Shown: positions 40,001-50,699 of the stretch, piece by piece
Layout of the letters: each line of letters starts with the position of its first letter
How positions within the stretch are numbered: position 1 is the stretch's first letter
Assembly: GCA_030248215.1 (NCBI GenBank)
Contig: JASANG010002430.1
Span: forward strand, 248,001 to 312,000
DNA: 64,000 nucleotides
Reading direction: 5' to 3'
DNA from: Enoplolaimus lenunculus
Taxonomy: Eukaryota
Made by a program: the position numbers and the translations under genes
Notes under the pieces: generated by a model
The model's database searches: none
What the model was told of the DNA's origin: nothing
What the model saw: only the letters and a program-made list of their open reading frames with translations

Positions 40001-40699
40001 ACGTAATTATTCTTCAAGAATTGAATGCTGTTAATACACTGTTCTATTTTTGACTACATGGATATTGATGACATTAGATTGTTGTTATGAATTGTTTTGA
40101 TGGACTTTAAATGTTGCTAAACCCAAACCCCGAGTTGTGCGTACAAGTTCGCAGCAGGCTGTCAAAACATCATTACAAATTAATTGCTGTCAACACCCAG
40201 GTATATTTTCAACTCTACCGATACCGAAAAAATTTTGTGTTTTAACGAGCTGGTTTCTCTGATTGTGAAATTTATAAAATGTCTATATTTCATAATATGT
40301 CTTAGTCCAAACCTTGATTTATGCGTAAATGACAGAGAAGAAAAACATTTACGATTCAGCATAACGGAAGAGACATTGCATGGGATTTGTATACATGAGT
40401 CTTGCAAGTTGAGACTGGATATCCGTTTCAGTTTCTAGTGTCACTCACACGTTACCATACGTGCACTCGGCACACGAAATGTCCCCTGCCAAAAGAAATT
40501 CAATAGCTTGTCCGGCTTATATTTTATCGAAACCATTCATTTTCCAACAGTATCACCGCCATTCGCGGACACAATAAAGTTTCACGGAAACTCTATCCGG
40601 ACAAGACTGTTTTGCAGTGACACTGTCTAGGACATTGAAATGTTGGAAAAACAGTGTAGTGGACAATATTTTTATATGATAGACACATCAGGAACACCT

Positions 40700-41236
40700 T
40701 AGCGGGGAAATTAAAATTTTGGCGGGAAATTCTAATTTTGGCGGCAAAATTCGAATTTTGGCAGTAAATTCAAACTTAGGCGGGAAAATTCAAATTTTGG
40801 CGGAAATTCAAATTTTGGTGGGAAAATTCAAATTTTGGCGGGAAATTCAAATTTTAGCGGGAAAATTCAAATTTTAGCGCGAAATTCGAAATTTGACGGC
40901 AAATTCAAATTTAGGCGGGAAAATTCAAATTACAGCGGCAAATTCGAATTTTGGCGGAAAAATTCAAATTTCGGCGGGGAAAATCAATTTTTGGTGGTAA
41001 ATTCAAATTTTGGCGGGAAAATTAAAATTTTAGCGCAAAATTCAAATTTTGGCAGCAAAATTCAAACTTTGGCGGCAAAATTCAAATTTTGGCGGAAAAT
41101 TTAAATTTTGGCGGCAAAATTCAGATTTTGGCGGGAAATTCAAATTTTGGCGGGAAATTCAAATTTTGGCGGGAAAATTCAAATTTTGGTGGGAAAATTC
41201 AAATTTTGGCGCGAAATTCAAATTTTGACGGGAAAT
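40700..41236. repeat. About 20-21-bp minisatellite (GGCGGGAAAATTCAAATTTT)n, roughly 26 diverged copies
   Basis: Tandem GGCGG(G/C)AAA(A)TTCAAATTTT units read directly; unit length varies. Confidence 0.93.
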
Positions 41237-42889
41237 GTTGGCGAACTTGCAAAAAGCAACAAAATTACGCAGTAAATGAATTACCTTATTTAGCGCTTTC
41301 CGGCGACAACTTTTAGACTGTAACGACAGTCCGACAATTCACGCAACTCTACATTTAATATTAACATAATGCGCAAACAGTATACAAAATGTCCGTCAAT
41401 GCAATAAACTCTATGCGGACATTTTTTATTTAGAGATAAAATTTCCGCACACAGTTACACAATAACAGTATAGGTAGCCTTTTTCAAACAGTATAGGGGG
41501 ACGATGGGCCTCTGGCTCCGGCACAAAATCGGCCGCCAGCTCCGGCTCCGGTATAATTTTGCCCGAGGTTCTGGTAATTTAGGTAGTGAAGTTTTGCATA
41601 TTGCCAAATTTGTTTTTTGGCGGGTTTTATTTTAACTTGACAATAATTTGTTGAAAAAATTGCCGACATTTTGTAAAAAATAGCGTAAAACCAGACAGTT
41701 TAACAACGAATTTACGGATATTTGCTGAAATTAACAAATTAAACATCATTTTATCTGCTCGATTTCGCCTCACCTCCGGCTTCACCACCGCCGGCGGCTC
41801 CGGCTTCGGCAAGTATGTTGACCTCAAGCTCCGGGACTTTTGTTGACCTCAGGCTCCGGGAAGTTTTGTTCACCTCCGACTCCGGCTCCGGTATTTTTAA
41901 CTCTATGGTTGTACCCTTCTGCAGGGTTCCACACACAGAGAATAGAACATCAGACCTAAAAAGTTTGATCGTCGGGATTATGCTAAGGTTCCCTGGATTA
42001 TACTGATTATACTAAGGGTTCCAGTCAGGGCTGGAACCTGCCTGGGCCGGACACTGCTCCGGGCCGTGACTGAGCCTAAATATACCACACTGAACTGTAA
42101 ATTTAAGCGTGCTCTGGACCAGGGCGTTGTTCAAATTTTTAACCAATGAGCATCTGTACATTTGTATAAATTTTATTGAAAAATGCATGCCCATATTTAC
42201 TTTTAGCGGCGCGCTAGTTTTCTACGTGACTGCAATTGAGTACGCTTAAGCTTTAAACTGATTTTTTAAAGGCTAAGCTTTAGGACTAGGGCTAGGTTTT
42301 TAGTTTACAGGTTTATACGTTACGCTGATGCTTAAGGCTTAGACTTTGGCTTTGGCCTTGGAATATGCTTATTCTACTGTTACACCTTCCAAGCTTTGAC
42401 CATAATGCGAATGACTTTGAATAGTTCTGTTTGCACTGGAGGTTTATTTATGGGTTGTTACTTTGCTTTGACTCTTGGCTACCGAGTACTTATACGTTAT
42501 CTGATCCATTACCGGGCCGACATAAACAAGAAATTGCCTAAATCGTAATCTGTAAAATAGTTTGGACTCTCGCTTATATCGGTCTCGAAACCTCTTATTC
42601 TATGTATTGCAATTCAACCACCAACCGTCAAAATTCTATTGAGATGCAACAGTTATATGAAGGTATATTTCTACCTTCGTTTCTATTTCTCTTATTCGAA
42701 AAATTGCCGCTGCTCGGCCCATGCGGTCCGTTTCTGGGCCGCGGATGGTCAACGGAACCGAGCGCAAAAAGGCCAAGCCAGTTCTATTAACCCTAATTCA
42801 GGCATACTTTAGTGTTCCGCGCGCTGCAGCTTAATCAGGTCTAAAAACAAACAATGCCACAGCGGCAACAATCTACATGCATGTTAATA

Positions 42890-43098
42890 CACTGCCAAAA
42901 ATAGTGAGTCAAACTGACTCTCTGTGAAATAGGCTCTACGGGACTACACAAACTGAGTCAAATTCGACTCAGCCAGAGTCAAACGTGTGACGCATCGAGT
43001 CAAAATTGACTCTGGCAGAGTCTGAATTTGACTCAGTTTGTGTAGTCTCGTAGAGCCTATTTCGGAAAGAGTCAATATGACTCACTATTTTTGCAGTG
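42890..43098. mobile_element. Near-perfect 209-bp palindromic (foldback) element with CACTG..CAGTG termini
   Basis: CACTGCCAAAATAGTGAGTCA..AAATAGGCTCTACGGGACTACACAAACTGAGTCAAATTC pairs with GAATTTGACTCAGTTTGTGTAGTCTCGTAGAGCCTATTT..TGACTCACTATTTTTGCAGTG; built from repeated GAGTC/GACTC motifs. Confidence 0.85.
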
Positions 43099-43770
43099 AA
43101 ATCAGTATATATGTCAGGAAAATGCTAAACTTATCGCAGCAAAATAAAATGTATTTTTTATTTTACTCAAGTTATGAATCAAAGTAAAAATTTAAATACG
43201 AATTACCTTTGACTCCCGATGCGTCAATTTGACTCTCAGAGTCATACCAAGCGGACCGGATAATTTCAATTTTACTCCTGTGATATAATAGTGCAAAAGT
43301 CCTCGGTTCGGCTCATCATTTTTAAGACGGCCTGGAAGCCGTCCTTTTGCATCACTTGCAAGTGTGGCTAAAACTTCTGGGGTAGAGGTTAAGTTATTCG
43401 CAACGAATCCGTTGGTTCCTTCTGGCTGCTGGCCTGACTTGATTTTAAGGCTTCAAAAAGTCGCACAAGCCGCTTATCTGACAGAATCAATTTGGTAAAG
43501 AGGCAAAGCTGAAACTGCCTGTGCCGCGAATACTAAATACATAATTGCAGCATATGTATTGCAATTATTAGTGGCAAAACCAAAACTGGTGGTTTCGGCG
43601 TAAATTTATAGCTTACAGGAGCCCCCTTCCTAAAGTTAGTTAATAAGTAATGACAGTTTTGCGTTAAAAAAGCGACAGCAGCCGCGTCACTTAAAGTTGT
43701 AAAGACCTCGCTTATGTTTTACCCCGTCTCTATTGCCGATTTTAGAGGCTGCTTGTTAGATTGTCGTACC

Positions 43771-44705
43771 ACAAATTGTGCTGGTTACTTTGCTACGTTC
43801 AAAAATTGTGCCGGTTACTTTGCTACGTTCCAAAATAGTGCCGGTTACTTTGCCACGTTCAAAAATTGTGCCGGTTACTTTGCTACGTTCAGAAATTGTG
43901 CCGGTTACTTTGCTACGTTCAAAGATTGTGCCGGTTACTTTGCTACGTTCAAAAATTGTGCCGGTTACTTTGCTACGTTCAAAAATTGCGCCGGTTACTT
44001 TGCTACGTTCAAAAATTGTGCCGGTTACTTTGCTACGTTCAAAAATTGTGCCGGTTACTTTGCTACGTTCAAAAATTGCGCCGGTTACTTTGCTACGTTC
44101 AAAGATTGTGCCGGTTACTTTGCTACGTTCAAAAATTGTGCCGGTTACTTTGCTACGTTCAAAAATTGCCCTACGTTCAAAAATTGCGCCGGTTACTTTG
44201 CTACGTTCAAAGATTGTGCCGGTTACTTTGCTACGTTCAAAAATTGTGCCGGTTACTTTGCTACGTTCAAAAATTGTGCCGGTTACTTTGCTACGTTCAA
44301 AGATTGTGCCGGTTACTTTGCTACGTTCAAAAATTGTGCCGGTTACTTTGCTACGTTCAAAGATTGTGCCGGTTACTTTGCTACGTTCCAAAATAGTGCC
44401 GGTTACTTTGCCACGTTCAAAAATTGTGCCGGTTACTTTGCTACGTTCCAAAATAGTGCCGGTTACTTTGCCACGTTCAAAAATTGTGCCGGTTACTTTG
44501 CTACGTTCAGAAATTGTGCCGGTTACTTTGCTACGTTCAAAGATTGTGCCGGTTACTTTGCTACGTTCAAAAATTGCGCCGGTTACTTTGCTACGTTCAA
44601 AGATTGTGCCGGTTACTTTGCTACGTTCAAAAATTGTGCCGGTTACTACTTTGCTACGTTCAAAGATTGTGCCGGTTACTTTGCTACGTTCAAAAATTAT
44701 GCCGT
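43771..44705. repeat. Homogeneous 30-bp satellite (AAAAATTGTGCCGGTTACTTTGCTACGTTC)n, about 31 copies
   Basis: 13 units at 43771-44160, one 18-bp unit, then 17 more units (one with a 3-bp insertion near 44646); no unique spacers. Confidence 0.97.
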
Positions 44706-44851
44706 TTATAGCTTTGAATATACTTGTATTTTGCAGTTACTAGCAACGCATGCTGTTTTTCCACAATAATGTATTATCGCGTCAGGCGTAAATTAGACAA
44801 TTGCGTAACGAACTTTTACCGTTGGTACCTAATCATTTAAAGCTGTACTTA

Positions 44852-45385
44852 GGGTTGTGCTATACTTGACGTCGGGCGCCGTCCATCACCCGTAGGACGC
44901 CGTCCATCACCCGTCCGACGCCGTCCATCACCCGTCCGACGCCGTCCATCACCCGTCCGACGCCGTCCATCACCCGTCCGACGCCGTCCGTTACCCGTCC
45001 GACGCCATTCATCCCCGTCCGTCATCCGAACGGCGCCGTCCGTCATCCGAACGGCGCCGTCCGTCATCCGAACGGCGCCGTCCGTCATCCGAACGGCGCC
45101 GTCCGTCATCCGAACGGCGCCGTCCGTCATCCGAGCGGCGCCGTCCGTCATCCGAACGTCGCCGTCCGTCATCCGAACGGCGCCGTCCGTCATCCGAACG
45201 GCGCTGTCCGTCACCCGCACGGCGCCGTTCGTCGCTGTCCATCACTATATGTTATCGTACGTGAGTTATTTGCGTACGATACCGCACGGTTACGGACGGC
45301 GCGCCGTACGTGAAAAGACGTCGCCGGACGGTACCGTGCGGGTGACAGACGGCGTCGCACGTTAATGAAAGTACAGCGCAGCCCC
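44852..45385. mobile_element. PIF/Harbinger-like MITE containing two internal GC-rich 21-bp minisatellites
   Basis: TTA on both flanks (44849-44851, 45386-45388). Left end GGGTTGTGCTATACTT resembles the reverse complement of the right end, GGGGCTGCGCTGTACTT. Arrays (CCCGTCCGACGCCGTCCATCA)x~6 at about 44877-45010 and (CCGTCCGTCATCCGAACGGCG)x~10 at about 45015-45230. Confidence 0.7.
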
Positions 45386-46579
45386 TTAGACACACTGGTA
45401 ATACCTTATACACCACATTCGTTTATGTGTAGCAAAATACTCGGCGTAGCAATTTTACAATACATTATATGCGTTGAACTGAAAGGTATATTAGATACTA
45501 ACAATTCAATGTTAAAATAATGGATATATCTTTAATAGGCTGCATAGGCTAAGGCAAAATTTAGATTTCAACTGCTACGAATTTTGTGCGATTTTATTAC
45601 GTCATTGAGGTTTGTTAGTTATAGGGAGGTTTCGACATAATCATTTTCGCCAATTGTAGCGTTACAAAAAATACAATTTTTCAATATGTCCCGCAATATA
45701 TTTTGGTTTAAAAACAAAAATTGTCCTTACAAACAATTTATCGCTACAATATATTTTGCGTTTCTTAAAATGGTGCTGCTTCGTATTTTGGTTTGGGCCA
45801 AGCCCCTTTGATTGGGTTGTGTACAAATTTTTAGCCCAGTGTTTCAAATCCCGACATGAGAGGGGGACAGAGGGGCGCATTGGAGACCAAAAACAGGCTC
45901 ATCTGTCATAATTTTTTGCGACTCTTGCTCCGTATATATATGTATAAAGTCGCGAAAAGTCGTTACGTAATAATAATCAGCTTTAAAAGCCATTATTGTC
46001 AGTTTTATATCGCACAATTTGTCAACGTATTTTCATTTTATAGTTGTGCATGGAGTCAAAAAAGGCTGACAGAGATATATTTATGTTGTAGCGCAAATTG
46101 TTACGCAGAAATGAAAAGATTGGTGTTGTGGGAAACATGTAGCGTAGCGACGTGAACACTAGAACTACTTGCTGTGTGTAAACTGAAACCCGAAATTCAA
46201 TTTGGATTCCCCTTTGCAAATGCGTCCAGGGGTCCATCGAAATAAAAGTTTTTCATTCATGGGTCATCCACATTATACATGTCTACGCTACTGTATAAAG
46301 TCAACGCCCTTGGCTGCCGCAACGGCGGTACAAAACAATATTGTTTTTATGATATTACGACTTTACAGCGAGTATATTAAGGATGTTTTGGCGGTGGTCC
46401 CTTCGGAGGGAGTTAGGACAATGAGGACACTGTTTGGATACTGTGTCTCACAATTACAGTTCCTTCGGACAGACTGTATAATCTCTAAACGAATCTACGA
46501 TTATTGGTCCCCCCCGACATCTCGTCAGCCCTGACAACGCGACGACCACACCGACTTGTGGCCTCGACAACTCGCCGAC

Positions 46580-47260
46580 CATGACGCGGGGTTCACGTTA
46601 TAACCGGGGCAGCTTGGGACACAGTTTGTCCCTATTAGCCTATTGGGTAACATTTTGTCTGCTAACAGACCCCATATCATATTCAAAATGTCGTATTGGT
46701 GTGCTATTATTATGTGAAGTCACTTTTTGTCCTTCAATATCATATGATATTCGACGTATTGTCATAGTATATCACGCGATATATTTTGAAATGTCTGCAT
46801 ACTTGAGGTAACATTCCTAAATTGTCTTGTTGAATATCATATACTAGAATTTGAAATTTGAATTTTTGAATTATGACACTGTTTTTCTAAGCAATTTTGT
46901 GTCGGAAATGAATGTGCAGACGTGTATTTGGTATTTTAAGTATATCTATGCCTCTGCCGTCCGACTTTCCATTAATTTATTAGCACCCGAAGATTACACT
47001 GTCCCGCTGAATATTATACGATATTCGTTGTAATTTTTGAATATCATATGATATTCGCATAAATGCCCCTTATTATCACGTACATACCGACTCTTGTACA
47101 CGTTGATCTTCTCAGAGAAGTGGTTTGTAAGTAAATGTCGTATGACATTCGAGTTTTGTCTTTTCACCCGATATGAGTGCCGGTATTTCAACGTTGATGT
47201 CGAATCAACATGGGACAAACCGTGTCCCGCCTACCCCGGTGATAACGTGAACCCAGCATG
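46580..47260. mobile_element. Non-autonomous DNA transposon (about 680 bp) with imperfect TIRs of about 45 bp
   Basis: Left end CATG..GGGTTCACGTTATAACCGGGGCAGCTTGGGACACAGTTTGTCCC; right end GGGACAAACCGTGTCCCGCCTACCCCGGTGATAACGTGAACCCAGCATG; a second copy lies at 13905. Confidence 0.85.
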
Positions 47261-49439
47261 AGAACTCGCCGATCCCGACAAATAGTCACCTCAATAATTT
47301 GTCGCACAGATCATTGATAATGGTGACTTTTGGATTTTAATTTGGAAACACTGCAATTACTTACTTACGGACACGCATGTGGGTACAATTTTTTACCGTG
47401 GCGCAGACAGTATAACGTGAATGACCCACCAAAAGTAAATGCTACTTTTAGAACAGTATATATATCTAAATTATTATAGCTGAAACGTCCCACATACGTA
47501 TTTTGAGCAGTGTTCCAGTTGATTTTTACAAATTTTTATATACGTATGTACGCAAATCAACTAAATAGTAAAGAAAAATCAGATGGCTTACATTTTTATA
47601 CATTATTAATTCAATAAACTGACATGCTTTTTTAGATTGTTCTATTAAATAGAACGCAGATGACTGTTTAAATCGTGTTTGTTCCGGGCTTTGTACGGCG
47701 ATATTTTGTTTATATATTTAAGGTTTGCAAATTTGCAATCACGTTGACTAGTTAAACTTATTCCAGCAGTACTGTTCTTACAGCTGTAAGGCTGGAAATA
47801 TTTTGACGTGAAAAGAAAAAAGCTGATAGCAAACAATGCAATCGTTGCTCAGGAAGGGTTTGGTTAAATTTTGAGCAACCAGCTTTGCCAAAAAATTATT
47901 ACCAATTTTGATTTATTGGTTCAAGACGTGTTTTCGCGATACACCAACAATGTTTGTGTCACCACCTGAACACAATTTTATTCAATTTGTTTGAGTGTAA
48001 CAGCAATTTTGATTAATCGTTTACACAGGCCAATGTTACTTTTACGGCCGTAACGGTACCTAGATTAAACTTAGTCCTAAGCTTAAGCGTAAAAACGAGA
48101 AGTACTGAAAAAAGTGTAAACCTAGCCTATTCTAAGCAAAAAGTGTAGCCTAAAACTTAAGCTTACTCTTTTTGCCTTGCCACCAGAAAATGGAACGGCC
48201 CTAAAGGTATAACGTGGGCCGTAATACAGAGAAAAGAACTGGAATCTAAAGTGCGCTTACATATAGGAATAGGAACCGGATACGCGCAAACACTGACTTA
48301 AATGTTTCACAACAGTAAAATGTAATCATTCGTAGCCGGTATACTTACAGAAATTTAACAAACGTCAGGGTCAAGTGCAGGATTTTCTATTTCTGAAATT
48401 GTGAAGCGAGCAATATTTTTTAACTCCGATGAACGTAGTACCTAAATAAAATCGTAGTCGGTTAACTCTCTAGTTTGAAATTTTGGCTCAACAACGCTTT
48501 CCCCCCACAGGCTAAGACTTACGTAGCTATAATAAACTGGGTCAGCATTGTGCGATTTTTTGGCCAGCTAGTGGCAGCCACCTTAAAATGCATCAAAATA
48601 AGCAATTATGATTTTGAATCACTACATTGCAAACAAAGTATTGTTTTAGTGGCGGATCCAGAAGTTTTAATGGGCGTCATGCGGTTTATATTAATGAACA
48701 ACCCTTGAAGAGCGAAACGAGCGCGAAGCCAAACGCAATTATAGTGCTTCACATCTTAACACAAAATTTGCTTTTGATTCGTGTTGTAGAGCTTATGCCT
48801 GGGTAGGCCCCCGTTCGATTCGTCAGTGTTAAAAATTTCAAATTGTCAATACCTGTGCAGTAAGCTGCATAAAAAGCTTCTAGCATTTGCCAAAGAAGAA
48901 AAGAAACACCACAATTATCACCTTTTGATTAATTTACAGGTATACCTCTTGATTGGAAAAGATGTTGATAAACACGGAAATTATACACACATTCTTTATT
49001 GAATAAGGGTTGAAGGCGAGGAAGCAGGAACAGTTTTCACGTTTTATATTTGGGTTCCAATTTGCGCTCTAAAAATACGCGTAATTTTTAAAAAAGTGAT
49101 AATTAAAGCTTTGAAATTACCCGCTGTTTTGAATGTATATGTATTTCCGGTTGCTTTGGCAATTTGTTCGCAAAGAATGTTTATTTGAGACACGCTAACC
49201 ACATCCAAGACCGTATATATTTCAGTGGGTGAGTGGTTTTGAGTCCTGGCCCGAACTTAGCTTAACTTACTGAACGGACTAAAAAATTTGCAGGACGGGG
49301 GTATACAAGGGTTTTGTTTACTTACTAGCAAGGTTGAATATTCTCTGCCCCCCTACTTTGGCTACGGGCACGTTTGTGTGGGTGGCACGTTCCCATCATG
49401 TCTTCAGGTTTTATGTTCGCCGTATCTTTTACGGATTAA

Positions 49440-49793
49440 GTTGAGACAACCGAAGATGCAAATGAGAAAACCGAAGATGTAATTGAGAAACCCAATTTTT
49501 AATTGTAAAAACCCAAGATGTAATCTTGAAACCTAACTTGTATATAACTGAGAAAATGTAAGATGTAGTTGAGAAATTGGGTAATTAGAAATGAATAGTT
49601 AAAAACATTTCAGTATTCCGAGTTTTATGTTATTTCCTCATCGTGTAATACATCGATACTTCGTTTTCTACATCTTCTCGTTCCTCAATTAGAAATTGGA
49701 TTTCTCAATTACATCTTCGGTTTTCTCAATTTACAAGTTGGGTTTCTCATTTTCATCACCGGTTCTCTAAAGATCATCTTCGGAGTTCTCAAT
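49440..49793. repeat. Foldback element built from GAGAAAACCGAAGATGTAATT-like subrepeats
   Basis: The left half carries direct copies of TGAGAAAACCGAAGATGTAAT; the right half carries the reverse complement ATTACATCTTCGGTTTTCTCA. Confidence 0.75.
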
Positions 49794-49901
49794 GACGGGT
49801 GTGAAAGGTGTAGTTGTAAACTCGACTATTCGAAATGATACACAATGCGTAGTACCAAATCAAAAACTGCGAAAAATTGTTTTTGAATTTGATATGAACT
49901 T

Positions 49902-50699
49902 CAGTGGCGTACCGATAAATTTTGATTGGGGGGCGCATCCTCAGACTTTTGGCTTTTTTCCATCTAAAGCAAACTTAGAATCCTTTAGCATTATACGGAT
50001 CTCAATTTTTTCGTGGGATTTGTGAGGTTAGTCACGCTCCCCTAGTTGGCTCTGAGACCAATTTCAGAATTCTGTTTTAAATCATTAAAACTTACAGTTT
50101 GGGTATCTGGAAAGGTCGAATTGTTTGCCATGTGAACACGATTTGAAAAAACCACGAGCGAAGCGAGCGAAAGGCTAGACACAATTGTCTTGTACTCTAT
50201 TGCAGAACTTCAGTTTAAAGTCTGTGGGGAAATTTTTGTATAATATGAAATATTTCTAGGCACTAGGAGTTGAAACAGAGTGGCCGAAGGCTCAAAGCTA
50301 GAACTTAAACAGAAATGTGAAGAATACGCGAGCGAAGCGGGAGAGAAGCTCTACATTGTTAATCCTTCTGTAACAGTCTAAACATTTCTATGTTCATGTA
50401 GTGCGGGGTCTAAACCGAAATACCAAACCACCCCTGATCTAGGGGTTATGTAGTGAAGGTTTGCAAATTTTTATTACTATCTTTAGTTTTGAGCTGGTTA
50501 TGTTGGGGAATTTAACTTTGATGTCTACCCTTGAACAGCGCCGCAGGTAAAATTTTTTGAAATTTGATCAGTGAAAAACATCGCGAGCGAAGCAAACGCG
50601 AAACCATACGTAATTTTTGTATCTAATGTAAATTATGACGCAAGTACTGATTCCAATTGGGGGGGAGCGGCCCACCAGCCCCCCCTCGGTACGCCCATG
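49902..50699 (+). mobile_element. hAT-type non-autonomous element (798 bp)
   Basis: TIRs CAGTGGCGTACCGA / TCGGTACGCCCATG; perfect 8-bp TSD ATGAACTT (49894-49901, 50700-50707); internal CGAGCGAAGC motifs. Confidence 0.9.

Noticed and set aside
40835..41316. Repeat ORFs (GGKIQILA..)
   Set aside because: Satellite with variable unit length and frequent frameshifts.
43771..44705. CRISPR array
   Set aside because: The 30-bp units are contiguous with no unique spacers, there are no cas genes, and the DNA is eukaryotic.
44849..45245. MTDGAVR and RRRSDDG repeat proteins
   Set aside because: Translations of 21-bp minisatellites inside a MITE; no splice or homology support.
46567..47273. 13-bp TSD around the 46580-47260 element
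   Set aside because: ACAACTCGCCGAC and AGAACTCGCCGAT are similar, but the motif recurs in the flanking sequence, so it cannot be called a TSD.
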